Positions 1 to 10,304 are shown, counted from the stretch's first letter. The stretch: DNA of 64,000 bases from Acidobacteriota bacterium (GCA_965209055.1 OZ242374.1:5536001-5600000), one strand, 5' to 3'. Numbers and translations: made by a program. Notes: generated from the sequence alone by a model not told the origin.

Positions 1-665
1 CCGAAGAACCGGGTCAGGAGCGCGAGCACAAAGAGGGGGACGAGAGTGCCTGTCACCGTGTGGAGCAAGGCAACCTTGGTTCCGATCATGATCAGGAACT
101 GCGACCAGTCCGCAAAGCCGGCTTGGGAGGAGAAGGAAACCACGGCGGGGTCCGCCGAGAGTCCCGTGTTCACACCCACCAGGATCGGGGTCCCGACGGC
201 TCCGAAGGAAACCGGAGTGCTCTGAATGATCATTCCCGCCATCACCGCGCCCAGGGCGGGAAAACCGAGCGCGACCAGGAGGGGCACGGCCACCGCCGCC
301 GGCGTCCCGAAACCGGCCGCCCCCTCGATGAAGGAGCCGAAGAGCCAGGCGATGATGATGACCTGGATCCGGCGGTCCGGCGTGATATCGGTGAAGATGC
401 GGCGAATGGTGCCCAGAGCTCCACTCTCCTCCAGGGTATTCAGGAGCAGGATGGCCCCGAACACGATGTAGAGCAGGGAGAGCGCAACCACCAGGCCGTT
501 CACGGAGGCGGCCGCCACCTGAGCCGGAGGAACCTTCCAGACCAGGAGAGCCAGTCCCGCCGCGGTGACGTAGGAAATGGGCATGGCCCGGCTGGCCGGC
601 CAACGGAGGCCGACCAGGAAGAGACCGACGACGGCAATGGGGAGCAGGGACAGCAGTGCCAACAC
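1..665 (-). CDS. L-lactate/glycolate permease (LctP/GlcA family), 3' end runs off the window
   Basis: Manual minus-strand translation from GTG at 665 gives a hydrophobic protein ([20 protein letters not shown]...[27 protein letters not shown]) with the lactate-permease EGAAGFGTP signature. It lies directly downstream of malate synthase. Not in the ORF track because it is open-ended. Confidence 0.85.
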   Translation of the reverse strand, partial: MLALLSLLPIAVVGLFLVGLRWPASRAMPISYVTAAGLALLVWKVPPAQVAAASVNGLVVALSLLYIVFGAILLLNTLEESGALGTIRRIFTDITPDRRIQVIIIAWLFGSFIEGAAGFGTPAAVAVPLLVALGFPALGAVMAGMIIQSTPVSFGAVGTPILVGVNTGLSADPAVVSFSSQAGFADWSQFLIMIGTKVALLHTVTGTLVPLFVLALLTRFF

Positions 666-706
666 GATTTATTTATTTCGATACGCAAGCGGGCGCCGGC
701 CGCCGG

Positions 707-2380
707 TTAGAAGGCATCCGGTCCGGCGGCAATCCTGGCCAGGTCGCCGCGCGTGTAGGAGCCCAGACTCCTGAAGTCCAGTTCCGTATAGTTCCTGACC
801 CACTGCAGAGCGATCTTGTAGGAATCCCGATAGCGGCCGGCTGCGCCGGTCCCGGACGAGGCCGCCCCACTCAACTCCAGGATGCTCTCCAACTCCTCCC
901 CCAGCAGCCTCTTGACCAGAGCGAAATCGTGCCTCCGGCCGGTTTCGGCATCCTGGGCTTCGTGGAGCACTCTCTGGGCAATCTGGGCCACCGAGATCCG
1001 GGCCGTGGCCAGGTCCTCCATCAGGGCCGGCCTCTTGCCCGGCTGCCCCGCCAGACTGTCGATTCCCTTGGCGCCCCGCCCGTTGAGCCACCCCTCCAGG
1101 TACTCCAGCAGCATGCGCGCGTTCCGGCGCGTCCCCGCCTCGGTGATGGGACCCTCGGGGACGGTGATCTCGATGGGGTAGTTCTCGGGCCGCGCCATTT
1201 CCGGCGATGGCGTCCAGCCCGAACCCCTCAATTTCCGAAAGGGATCCGCCGCCGTCTTCATGTGAAAGATATGGGCCACCCATCCCCGGAGAAATCCCTG
1301 CTCGGCCTCCCATTGTTTGTCGGCCCGAATCGCTTCCGCCGCCACCTGGTTCACCTCGGCGTCGCGGCTCGGCAACGCCGTGGCCATGCCGCCGATGGGC
1401 ACGGCGCCGCGCTTGAGACAGATGGCCACCAGGCGGCGAAAGATCCGCGTCAGAAAATCGGTGGTCTTGATGTCCACGTCGAAACGGTCGGGCCAAACCG
1501 AATCCGGGTCCGCCATCACGTACTCCAGGATGCTGGCCTTGAAGTCCCAGCGCGCCGCGTTGAGCCCGGCCGCGTACTCTCCCAGCGCGTAAAGTATCTC
1601 TTCCATCTGGAAGGCGGCGGGAACCGACTCCACCAGGGCAATGGCCCGGATCGTGGCGCTCCGGAGACCCGGCAGAAGATCCTGGCTCGCGGCGAAGAAA
1701 TCTCTCCAAAAAGCCGCTTCCCCGGCCGACTCCATCTTGGGAAGGTAGAAGTAGATCCCCTGACCCCTTTGGGCCTGGGCCTGACCGGCATGAAAGAGAG
1801 TCAGCGCCGTTCCCAGGATGCTGGCGGAAACAGGCGCTCCGTCCACCAGGACCTCCGGCTCGTCCAGGTGGAGCCCCCGCTCCCGGTGCATGAAGAAGGG
1901 AAGGTCCCCGTCCGCGAGCTCGTACTTCTTTCCCTTGGCGGCGTTGTAGAAGGTCAGCGTGCGATCCACGGCGCCCTTCCGGTTGGCTGCCGCCTGCAGG
2001 GTGTCCACCAAGCGGTGGCCTGCCGAGTCCTCGTCGTCGTCCAGATCGCCCTGGGCGCGGAATCCATCCGGACCCGGATTCAGGGCATTGATGAACATGC
2101 TGGTAATGGAAGCGGGACCCGAGATTTCGATCCCCGGTTCGCGGAGTTCCTCGGGCACTTCGGGAACGCTCCAATCGCCGGTGGTGGCGTCGCTCGGAGG
2201 CAGGTGCGCCGGTCCGACGCCGTCGTGGAGGGCTCGTTTCACCACCTGAGCGCGCTTCGCTCGAAGTTCCAGGACGCGGCCTGCGAACTGATCGTGAAGG
2301 GCCAGCAGATAGTCCTGGAATTCAGGACTCATCAACTCGGCTGCGCCTGGAACCGGAGCACATTGGATTCGACTGCTCAT
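707..2380 (-). CDS. aceB: malate synthase (type A-like)
   Basis: Motifs EISGP, RERGLHL, YFYLPKMES, GLNAARWDF, PIGGMA, MEDLATARIS. Start trimmed to ATG 2380 (MSSRIQ), which has an AGGAGG RBS. Confidence 0.9.
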   Translation of the reverse strand: MSSRIQCAPVPGAAELMSPEFQDYLLALHDQFAGRVLELRAKRAQVVKRALHDGVGPAHLPPSDATTGDWSVPEVPEELREPGIEISGPASITSMFINALNPGPDGFRAQGDLDDDEDSAGHRLVDTLQAAANRKGAVDRTLTFYNAAKGKKYELADGDLPFFMHRERGLHLDEPEVLVDGAPVSASILGTALTLFHAGQAQAQRGQGIYFYLPKMESAGEAAFWRDFFAASQDLLPGLRSATIRAIALVESVPAAFQMEEILYALGEYAAGLNAARWDFKASILEYVMADPDSVWPDRFDVDIKTTDFLTRIFRRLVAICLKRGAVPIGGMATALPSRDAEVNQVAAEAIRADKQWEAEQGFLRGWVAHIFHMKTAADPFRKLRGSGWTPSPEMARPENYPIEITVPEGPITEAGTRRNARMLLEYLEGWLNGRGAKGIDSLAGQPGKRPALMEDLATARISVAQIAQRVLHEAQDAETGRRHDFALVKRLLGEELESILELSGAASSGTGAAGRYRDSYKIALQWVRNYTELDFRSLGSYTRGDLARIAAGPDAF

Positions 2381-2406
2381 TCTCTTCCCTCCTCCTGAAT
2401 GCAATC

Positions 2407-3273
2407 TCAAGCGACCGGTCTGGGACGAGGCTTCCGGGGCTGGCAATTCGGACAGAAATGACTGCCTCGCTGGCTGATGACCGTCTTCTGAATCGTGAAC
2501 CCGCATTGGGTGCAGGACTGCCCGTCACGCCCGTACACTTTGAGCAAAGACTGATATTCTCCCGGATTTCCGCGGCTCCTCCGATAATCCTGAAGGGTCG
2601 TCCCGCCATGGTGTACGGCCCTTTCCAACACTCGGGGAATCGCTTCGAACAGCTTCACCTTCTCCCATCGGCGAATGTACCGGACTCTTCTGGCCGGATG
2701 CACGCCGGCTTCGAAGAGGGCCTCGTCGGCATAGATGTTTCCGACCCCGGCCACCACCTTCTGATCCAGTAGCAACGACTTGATCCGCGCCTTCCTCTTG
2801 CCGAGTCTGCCCAGAAAGTCCTCCAGGAGATAGCCGGTGTCCAAGGGCTCGGGACCCAGGGAGCCGAGGCGGGAGCCCAAGCCGCCCCCGTCCCGGGAGA
2901 GCAGCATGACCCGGCCGAATTTTCTGACGTCCCGGAACACCAGAATCCGGCCCCGGGACAGGCGGGCCACGAAAGCGATGTGGGCGTCCCCGCCCGGACT
3001 CGATCCGTTGCTCTTCCCGAACCGGTCCGGGACCGTGAGCTGGCCGGTCATGCCCAGGTGAATGATCCAGTACCAGCGGTCGAGCTTGAAGATGAGGAAC
3101 TTCGCCCGGCGGGACACGGCGTGGATGGTCTGTCCGGCGACGGCCGCCTCCAGGAAGGCGGGGTCCAATTGGAAGACCCGCGATGGAAACGTGCTCAGCG
3201 ATCGGATGACCCGCCCCCGGAGACGCGGCTCCAGTTCCCGGCGCAGGGTTTCGACTTCGGGAAGTTCAGGCAA
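2407..3273 (-). CDS. mutM: formamidopyrimidine-DNA glycosylase / AP lyase
   Basis: N-terminal (M)PELPEVET from TTG at 3273, HLGMTG, H2TH motif AGVGNIYADEALF, C-terminal zinc finger CTQC...CPNCQ. Confidence 0.95.
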   Translation of the reverse strand: MPELPEVETLRRELEPRLRGRVIRSLSTFPSRVFQLDPAFLEAAVAGQTIHAVSRRAKFLIFKLDRWYWIIHLGMTGQLTVPDRFGKSNGSSPGGDAHIAFVARLSRGRILVFRDVRKFGRVMLLSRDGGGLGSRLGSLGPEPLDTGYLLEDFLGRLGKRKARIKSLLLDQKVVAGVGNIYADEALFEAGVHPARRVRYIRRWEKVKLFEAIPRVLERAVHHGGTTLQDYRRSRGNPGEYQSLLKVYGRDGQSCTQCGFTIQKTVISQRGSHFCPNCQPRKPRPRPVA

Positions 3274-3520
3274 GCTTGCGCCCCCCGACGACGGCCCCGC
3301 CTCGCTCCTCACAAGTGTTGTGCGAGAAGGAGAAATCTCCTGCAGCCCGATGCATGACGGCCATCATATATAGCAATTGGAGGAGTGAGAAGTGAGGAGT
3401 GGGAAGTCAAAGATAAACAGTTGTCCCGCACAACCGCACGGCGGCCGGCTTCCAATGACAGCGTCCGGCGCGACCCTGTACCATGTAGACTGAGTGGAAC
3501 GGATGGAAAGGGGCGGACGC

Positions 3521-3871
3521 ATGCCTTTTTTGGAACTGGATCAGATCGAGGCCCGGGAGATCTTTCCCGGGATCCGGATCAGGGCGCCTCACGGCGAGAA
3601 TCTCATGCTGTCCATCGTGGACTTCGAACCCGGTGGCCATGTTCCCCTCCACAGTCATCCTCATGAACAGGGAGGCGTGATGCTGGAGGGCCGTATGGAG
3701 CTGCAGATCGGTTCCGAGTCGAGAGTCCTGGAGCCGGGAGAGTATTACATCATTCCTCCCGACACCCCTCATCAGGCAAGGGCCGTGGGGGGACCTGCAC
3801 GCGCCCTGGACATCTTCAGTCCCATCCGGGAGGACTACGCCGCCTTGTGGGCGGACGGAGGGGCCGAATGA
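3521..3871 (+). CDS. cupin domain protein
   Basis: HSHPHEQ and PPDTPH cupin motifs plus DIFSPIREDY. ATG at 3521; stop overlaps the thiolase start (ATGA). Confidence 0.85.
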   Translation: MPFLELDQIEAREIFPGIRIRAPHGENLMLSIVDFEPGGHVPLHSHPHEQGGVMLEGRMELQIGSESRVLEPGEYYIIPPDTPHQARAVGGPARALDIFSPIREDYAALWADGGAE

Positions 3872-5160
3872 AGCCTTCGCGAAACGTGCACCTGATCGGG
3901 GGCGCCCACAGCGGATTCATCGGGAAATTCCATCCCGACTTCATCTGGAAAGGGCATCCCGACTATGGACGGAGGACCAACCCGTCGCTGGAAGAGCACC
4001 TGAAACGGGCCGTCACCGGGGCCTTGGAGGACACCGGGGTTTCGGACCACCAGGTCCAGCGGGGCTACGTGGGCAACTTCACCGGTGAGCTCTTCTCCAA
4101 GCAGGGACATCTTGGATCACTCCTGGCCGGTGTCCGGCCGGGTTTCAGGAACAAGGCCTTCTCCCGGGTCGAGGGAGCCTGCGCGTCGGGCGGGCTGGCG
4201 CTGATCGCGGGAATCGACGCCATTTCCGCAGGTTGCGACTTCGTCCTGGTGGCCGGGGTCGAGGTGCAGACTACGGTCAGCGCCAAGAAGGGCGCCGACT
4301 ACCTGGCCCGGGCCGCCCATTACGAGACCCAGCGAAGCTGCGATCCCTTCACCTTCCCCTGCCTTTTCGCCCGCCGCTCCAAGGCCTACCGGAAGGAGTA
4401 CGGCGTGGGGGAAGAAGACCTGGCCCGGGTCGTGGTCAAGGCCTACTCGAATGCCAACCGGAATCCGAACGCCCACATGCAGGCCGTCCGGTTGACCCTC
4501 GAAGAGGCGGCGACTCCCTCCGACCGCAACCCCCGGTTTCTCAGTCATCCCGAGTTCCGCGACTACATGAAGGTGAGCGACTGCTCCCAGGTTTCCGACG
4601 GCGCCTCGGCCCTGGTCCTGGTTTCGGACCGGGGCTTGAAGGCACTGGGCAAGTCCCCGGTCCGGGACGCCGTCCAGATCCTCTCCTACGGGCACGCGAC
4701 CGCTCCCCTGGACGAAATTCCGGATCCCCTGAGGCTTCCCACGGCCCAAAGGGCCGCCCGGGAAGCCTATGAGGATGGGCAGGTCGAACCCGGACAGATC
4801 GGCGTGGCCGAGGTGCACGACTGCTTCAGCGTCACCGAACTGCTCCTCTATGAGGCTCTGGGATTTTGCCGGCCGGGGGAAGCACCGGATCTGGTCCGAA
4901 ACCGCACCACGACCATCGAGGGAGATCTGCCGGTGAACACGGGGGGCGGCCTCATGGGTTTCGGCCATCCGGTGGGCGCCACGGGCGTCAAGCAGGCCCT
5001 GGAGATCTTCAAGCAGTTGAAGGGCCGATGCGGCGGTTACCAGATCACACACCGTCCCGAATTCGGTCTGGCGGCGAATCTGGGCGGCGACGATCGGACC
5101 GGAGTCGTGACCATCTACGGGAATCCCCGGCCGGGGAATGGGACGTCCGGCGACGCCTGA
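3868..5160 (+). CDS. SCP2-type thiolase (acetyl-CoA C-acyltransferase)
   Basis: EGACASGG (nucleophile Cys), EVHDCF and GHPVGATG. C-terminal NLGG in place of CxG is the SCP2-thiolase fingerprint. Confidence 0.9.
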   Translation: MKPSRNVHLIGGAHSGFIGKFHPDFIWKGHPDYGRRTNPSLEEHLKRAVTGALEDTGVSDHQVQRGYVGNFTGELFSKQGHLGSLLAGVRPGFRNKAFSRVEGACASGGLALIAGIDAISAGCDFVLVAGVEVQTTVSAKKGADYLARAAHYETQRSCDPFTFPCLFARRSKAYRKEYGVGEEDLARVVVKAYSNANRNPNAHMQAVRLTLEEAATPSDRNPRFLSHPEFRDYMKVSDCSQVSDGASALVLVSDRGLKALGKSPVRDAVQILSYGHATAPLDEIPDPLRLPTAQRAAREAYEDGQVEPGQIGVAEVHDCFSVTELLLYEALGFCRPGEAPDLVRNRTTTIEGDLPVNTGGGLMGFGHPVGATGVKQALEIFKQLKGRCGGYQITHRPEFGLAANLGGDDRTGVVTIYGNPRPGNGTSGDA

Positions 5161-5175
5161 ACAAGACTCGAAGAA

Positions 5176-5874
5176 TCACGCGGTTCCGAGGGGACTCCGG
5201 TTCATGACGTAGTCGATGGCCTCCTGCGGGACCTCGTATTCGGTGCGGTAATGGTTGCCCTTGTAGTCCACGTCTTCGTACCCGATGGGGCTGGTGTAGA
5301 AGGCATCCACGATGAGGCGGCGCGCCCACACGAAGAAACGGGCGCCGGGCCCCAGCCGCCCGCCGGGACGGGCGGTGTAATCCTGAAAGCCGGCATATTC
5401 CGGGGCGGAATGAAAATCGATCAGCATCCCCGCTGACCGGTCCGCAACGGCGGCCAGGTCGTCCAAGAGCCGAATCTGCTCCTCCTCGGTGGCCTCCGCG
5501 AAACGGCGGGCCCGGCGGCGCCCCATCTCCCGGTCGAGCCAGAAGATTCCGGAGATGAAGATCTCCGCCAACTCCTCGTTCTGGTTGGCGAGCACGTCGA
5601 TGAATTCGGGGGCTCCGGCGTCCAGAGCGCTGCCGGATCGGCCGTCGGCCGGAATGATCAATTCGCTCAACCGCTGCAGCGTCTGGTATTCGCCCCCGTT
5701 GAAGCATTGGGGCGTGTACTCGCCGGTCCGCTGCTTCTTCTGGGACACCGCTTTGTGGACATGCCGGCCGGCCTTCAGATCCAGCACGCCCGCCGATGCC
5801 ACGGCCAGGGCAATACGCTGCAGGAGCACCCGGCGGGAAACTTCATTGCCTTGTCGGCCGTCTGGTTCAGACAT
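5176..5874 (-). CDS. gluconate 2-dehydrogenase subunit 3 family protein
   Basis: Twin-arginine-like leader (SRRVLL), LIIPAD...A.DAGAPEFID, AFYTSPIG..DVDY.GN. Overlaps the GMC oxidoreductase stop. Confidence 0.8.
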   Translation of the reverse strand: MSEPDGRQGNEVSRRVLLQRIALAVASAGVLDLKAGRHVHKAVSQKKQRTGEYTPQCFNGGEYQTLQRLSELIIPADGRSGSALDAGAPEFIDVLANQNEELAEIFISGIFWLDREMGRRRARRFAEATEEEQIRLLDDLAAVADRSAGMLIDFHSAPEYAGFQDYTARPGGRLGPGARFFVWARRLIVDAFYTSPIGYEDVDYKGNHYRTEYEVPQEAIDYVMNRSPLGTA

Positions 5875-7579
5875 GGCCTTGCTTCATCTCCTCGGCGATG
5901 TAATCGGACGTGCGCCAAGCCAGCGCCGTGATGGTGAGGGTGGGATTCTTGTCGGGATTACTCACGAACGGTCCGGCATCCGCCACGAAAAGGTTCGGGA
6001 CCTCGTGACCCTGGCAATACTGGTTCAGGGCCGAACTCCGCGGATCGTTCCCCATCCGAACCGTCCCCAACTCATGGATGATGGTGCCGGGGACCGAAAT
6101 GCCCTTCCCGTCCTGGCGGGGGGACCGGCGGCCCAGCACCTGCCCGCCCATGGACTCGATGAGGTCGACGAAGGTTCGCTCCATGTGCCGGGCCTGCTTC
6201 CATTCGTAGTCGCTCCATTTGAAATGGAAGCGCAGCACCGGAATCCCCCACTTGTCCACGGTCACGGGATCCAGTTCACAGTAGCTCAGATTGTTGGGAA
6301 TCATCTCACCGCGCCCGGCGAAGTAGACGAAGGACCCGTATTCCTTCCGGATCCGGTCCTTGAGCTGACGCCCGTAGCCGCCGATCCGGTTCACTTGGCC
6401 CTGAAAGCTGCCGACTCCGGGCATTCCGAAGCCGCCGCCGATCTCGATGTGGTACCCGCGGGGGAATTCCTTGTTCTTCTTGTCCCATTCCCACCACGGC
6501 GAGTAGACATGGCCGCCGCTGAAGCCGTCCGTGTCGTAATGGGGCATGCCCTCCAGGGCCGGCACGTATCCTCCGACGCCCAGACCGACGGTGTCCATCA
6601 AGAACCGGCCCACCACTCCCGAGTTGTTGGCCAGGCCCTGGGGAAAGCGGCTGGACCGGGAGTTGAGCAACAATCGGGCGGACTCGCAGGCGCTGGCCGC
6701 CAACACGACGACCCGGCACCGGATCTGCTGCTCGGTTCGAGTCTTCTTGTCGATGTAGGAGACGGCAGTGACGCGGCCGTTTTCGTCGCTCAGAATCTCC
6801 CTGGCCATGGCCTGATCGAAGATCTTCAGCTTGCCCGTCTTCAGGGCGGGCAGGATCTGGACCTGGCTGGAGGCGTAGTTGGAAGCGGTGATGCAACCGC
6901 GGCCGCACTGCCCGCAATAGTGGCAGGCCGGCCGGCCGTTCAGCGGCTTGGTAATGACCGCCCGCCGCATGGGAATGCAGGGGATGTTCATCCGGCTGCA
7001 CGCCTGCTTGATGAGGTGCTCGTGGGCCTTGGGGGGCGGGCACGGTTGGAAGATGCCGTCGGGCGCGCTCCGGATGCCCTCGATGCTCCCGGTGACCCCG
7101 ATGAAGGCCTCGGCCTTGTCGTAGTAGGGAGCCAGGTCGTCGTAGGTGAGGGGCCAGTCGGTGCCCAGCCCGTCCATGGAGTAGGGCACGAAATCGTAGT
7201 CGGCGAACCGAAGTGAGATCCGGCCGTAGTGGTTGGTGCGTCCACCCAGGATCCGGGACCGGAACCAGCGGAATTCGCTGCCGGGCGCCACCGTGTAGGG
7301 TTCGCCCTCCAGATCCCAGGCTCCGTTGGGCGCCCGGAAGAAGCCCCAGGGCTGCTTTCCGAAGTAATGGGCCCCACCTTCGCCGGCGCCCCGGTGGTCC
7401 ACGTGGTGCGGGAGCATGTGCTCCTTGTAGTCCTTTTCGGGATCCAGCATGGGACCCGCTTCCAGGAGGGCCACCTCGATGCCCTTCCCGGTCAGGACCT
7501 GGACCGCGGCGCCGCCGCCGGCGCCGGAGCCGATGACCACCACGTCGTAAACTTTCGGACTCTTGATGACTTCAAGCAC
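5867..7579 (-). CDS. GMC family oxidoreductase (flavoprotein subunit)
   Basis: FAD-binding DVVVIGSGAGGG, ILGGRTNHY, CHYCGQCGRGC, HELGTVRMG, NPTLTI. The true start is near GTG 7579; the 969-aa track ORF is an artefactual extension through the IS. Confidence 0.9.
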   Translation of the reverse strand: MLEVIKSPKVYDVVVIGSGAGGGAAVQVLTGKGIEVALLEAGPMLDPEKDYKEHMLPHHVDHRGAGEGGAHYFGKQPWGFFRAPNGAWDLEGEPYTVAPGSEFRWFRSRILGGRTNHYGRISLRFADYDFVPYSMDGLGTDWPLTYDDLAPYYDKAEAFIGVTGSIEGIRSAPDGIFQPCPPPKAHEHLIKQACSRMNIPCIPMRRAVITKPLNGRPACHYCGQCGRGCITASNYASSQVQILPALKTGKLKIFDQAMAREILSDENGRVTAVSYIDKKTRTEQQIRCRVVVLAASACESARLLLNSRSSRFPQGLANNSGVVGRFLMDTVGLGVGGYVPALEGMPHYDTDGFSGGHVYSPWWEWDKKNKEFPRGYHIEIGGGFGMPGVGSFQGQVNRIGGYGRQLKDRIRKEYGSFVYFAGRGEMIPNNLSYCELDPVTVDKWGIPVLRFHFKWSDYEWKQARHMERTFVDLIESMGGQVLGRRSPRQDGKGISVPGTIIHELGTVRMGNDPRSSALNQYCQGHEVPNLFVADAGPFVSNPDKNPTLTITALAWRTSDYIAEEMKQGHV

Positions 7580-7683
7580 GTGGCTATTCAAGCACAAGCA
7601 ACCGTCGAGAAAAAGGGGCCTGAGACGGGATCGGGACGCACCCGCCGAGCGAAACCCGAAGTGAAGAATGAGGAATATCCTAA

Positions 7684-8873
7684 GGAAGGTCTGATTAAGT
7701 CGAGTCAGCGTTCTGCACGATAATCCCTTCATCATCACTGCGTGGGGGGAAAGACGATGTCGCAACGGACGTTCGCAGATCTGGAATACGACGCCAAGAA
7801 GCGGGTGACCCGTCGGGAGAAGTTTCTGGTCCGCATGGACGGGTTGATTCCGTGGGAGCAGTTGGAAGCCCGGATTGAGCCGTTTTACCCGAAAGCGGGA
7901 CGGGGCCGGCGTCCCTACCCGCTCTCGGCGATGCTGCGGATCCACTGCGTGCAGTTGTTTTACAACCTGAGCGATCCGGGGATGGAGGATCTGCTTTACG
8001 AGGTGGAGTCGGTGCGGCGGTTCGTGGGTCTGAAGCTCACAGGGCCGCTGCCGGACGAGACGACGATTCTGAAGTTCCGTCATCGGCTGGAGGAGCATGG
8101 TCTGGGGGAGGCGCTGTTCGAGGAGATCGGTTCTCACCTGCAGCGTCAAGGCCTGCGGCTGAGCCGGGGGACGATCGTGGACGCGAGTATCCTGGCGGCG
8201 CCTTCCTCGACGAAAAACAAGGATCGGGCGCGGGATCCGGAGATGCACCAGACGAAAAAGGGAAAACAGTGGTATTTCGGAATGAAGGCCCACCTGGGGG
8301 TGGACGCCCAGACGGGGGTGGCGCACACGGTGGTGACGGCTCCGGCCAACGAGCATGACGTGACGCGGGCCTCCGAATTGCTGCACGGCTCGGAGTCGCA
8401 AGTTTGGGGGGATTCCGGATACCAGGGAGTGCAGAAGCGGTCGGAGAATCGAGATCGGCCGGTGGATTGGCAGGTGATGATGAAGCCCGGGAAGCGTTGG
8501 CAGCTGTCGCCGGAGAGTGAGGCGGCGTTGGCCGAGCGGCGTAAGGCATCGGTACGGGCGAAGGCAGAACATGTGTTCGGGTACCTGAAACGGCATTTCG
8601 GCTACGCCAAGGTGCGCTACCGCGGGCTGGCGAAAAACACCCAACGGATCTATCTGCTGGTGGGATTCGCCAATCTGATGATCGCCGAGCGCTCCGGTGT
8701 GACCGCCTGATCGGAATGCGGCACGGCTGTGTTTGAGGCTGGGGAAACCGTCTCGCAATCGCTTGGTCAAGACCAATTCAGGGTTGCAAATCCCAGGTTA
8801 GAGCGTCTGGATCCGAAAAAGGGAGGGATACAAGGTCTGTTTCGCCCCATATGAGGACTTAATCAGACCTTCC
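7684..8873 (+). mobile_element. complete IS5-family (IS5 subgroup) insertion sequence, 1190 bp
   Basis: Perfect 18-bp terminal inverted repeats GGAAGGTCTGATTAAGTC (7684-7701) and GACTTAATCAGACCTTCC (8856-8873). 4-bp target duplication CTAA at 7680-7683 and 8874-8877, matching the YTAR preference of IS5. Confidence 0.97.
7742..8710 (+). CDS. IS5 family DDE transposase
   Basis: GRRPYPLSAMLRIH, PDETTILKFR, IVDASI, WYFGMKAH, GDSGYQG, RAKAEHVF, KVRYRGLAKN. Start may be ATG 7757. Confidence 0.95.
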   Translation: MGGKTMSQRTFADLEYDAKKRVTRREKFLVRMDGLIPWEQLEARIEPFYPKAGRGRRPYPLSAMLRIHCVQLFYNLSDPGMEDLLYEVESVRRFVGLKLTGPLPDETTILKFRHRLEEHGLGEALFEEIGSHLQRQGLRLSRGTIVDASILAAPSSTKNKDRARDPEMHQTKKGKQWYFGMKAHLGVDAQTGVAHTVVTAPANEHDVTRASELLHGSESQVWGDSGYQGVQKRSENRDRPVDWQVMMKPGKRWQLSPESEAALAERRKASVRAKAEHVFGYLKRHFGYAKVRYRGLAKNTQRIYLLVGFANLMIAERSGVTA

Positions 8874-10298
8874 CTAAAGCAGCGATCGGGCCTCAGCCAG
8901 AGCCTGGCCGGCCAACACTGCCTGACGCCGGGTGTCGAAGGGGCCGGGACCTGACTCGATCACACGGATCCTTCCGCTACCCCCCGGTCTCCAGCGGCGC
9001 GCAAACAAGGGAGAGGCGTGCCCGCCGAACACGGTGACCAGGTCGAGGTTCAGCGCGCCGGCCAGATGCTGGCCCAGCGAATCGTAGCCGACGTAGATCC
9101 GGCATTGCTCCAGCAGGGCCCCGAACTCATCGACCGGGCCCTGAAACAGAACCAGCCGGACCGGCAATGTGCCCGGGGCGTCCCGCAGCAGCCTCCCTCC
9201 CTCGATTCGGGCCGTTCCATGGCCCCGCTCGCCGATCTCGCGGTGGAGTCGCCGCGCCTGCTCCAGCTCGTCCCGGCCCAAACCGGCATCCAAGACCAGC
9301 GTCGCCCCCTGATCCAGCAAACCGGTCACCAACAGGCGCTCGAAATCGGAGACCGCTTCCCGGTTCCGACGAATTCTCTTGTCCGGATTACCTCCGACTC
9401 CCAGGTTCATGCCCACCAAAACCGGATCCCGGCCCAGGTTCAGGGAGGCCAGCATCTCTTTCGCCCGACGACGGACCGAATCCTCAAGGTGCAGAGACGG
9501 CCCCCGAAGCGGATTCGGGGGATGAGACCGGAACATCTCCCGAAGCCAACGGTTCAGGTCCTCCAACTGGCTGCGCTCCTCCGTCTCCCTCCCGGAAACC
9601 GACGGATCCCAGCCAAAGTAGCTCCCCGCCTCCCGGCCGGGAGGAACCAGCGGCAGGAGTCCGCTCTGCAGGAATCGGGAATCGGGATTGATGACGATGA
9701 GTTCCCGGTCCGCCGACAGTCCGAGGGTCTCCTCGTTGACGGCGTCCATCAGGTCCACCCAGGCGAGCATTCTTTCCAGCAGGGAGCCCCGGCGTGGATA
9801 GGAGAGCTCGCGGATCCGGAAACGGCTTGAGTCCGGCGCGATCAGCCCGGCGTTCTTACGGCTGCCCAGGAACACGATATCCGCATTCGGAAGGGCGTCC
9901 AGGCAGGTGCGGACAATGGGGCCGGTGAGGAGCAGATCGGCGCCGAGGGTCACGCGGGAGGGAATCAGCACCCGTTTGATCCGCCGCGGAAGGGCCGGCG
10001 TTTTCATCCCGGCCAACCGCCGGGCCCGGTCGACGACGGCGTCTTCATCGTCCAACCCCACCTGGTCGAGCCCTTCATGAAACGACTGCGCCTCCGGGAG
10101 CCGGCGGACCCGGGTGACGATCCGAGCCAACAGTTGCTGCTGGAGCCGCCGGTCCCGGACCAGGAAGGAGTCGCCCAATGGTTCGATCAGATCCCGGAAC
10201 AGGCGCCGGGTCCCGGTCCGGGCGCGTCCGGGGTCGGGGGAAAGGGCGGGACCCAGAAAGGAGTCCAAGACTTCCCAGGCCGGAAATCGTGGTGTCAT
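8874..10298 (-). CDS. glycosyltransferase family 9 (heptosyltransferase-like) protein
   Basis: SRVTLGADLLLT near the N-domain and YVGYDSLGQHLAGAL...VTVFG, both resembling GT9 motifs. Confidence 0.6.
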   Translation of the reverse strand: MTPRFPAWEVLDSFLGPALSPDPGRARTGTRRLFRDLIEPLGDSFLVRDRRLQQQLLARIVTRVRRLPEAQSFHEGLDQVGLDDEDAVVDRARRLAGMKTPALPRRIKRVLIPSRVTLGADLLLTGPIVRTCLDALPNADIVFLGSRKNAGLIAPDSSRFRIRELSYPRRGSLLERMLAWVDLMDAVNEETLGLSADRELIVINPDSRFLQSGLLPLVPPGREAGSYFGWDPSVSGRETEERSQLEDLNRWLREMFRSHPPNPLRGPSLHLEDSVRRRAKEMLASLNLGRDPVLVGMNLGVGGNPDKRIRRNREAVSDFERLLVTGLLDQGATLVLDAGLGRDELEQARRLHREIGERGHGTARIEGGRLLRDAPGTLPVRLVLFQGPVDEFGALLEQCRIYVGYDSLGQHLAGALNLDLVTVFGGHASPLFARRWRPGGSGRIRVIESGPGPFDTRRQAVLAGQALAEARSLL

Positions 10299-10304
10299 CG
10301 GTTG

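Noticed and set aside
5867-8776. 969-aa ORF apparently fusing the IS5 antisense strand to the GMC oxidoreductase
   Set aside because: The first ~400 aa are the stop-free reverse frame of the transposase in high-GC DNA. The GMC FAD motif starts right after 7579.
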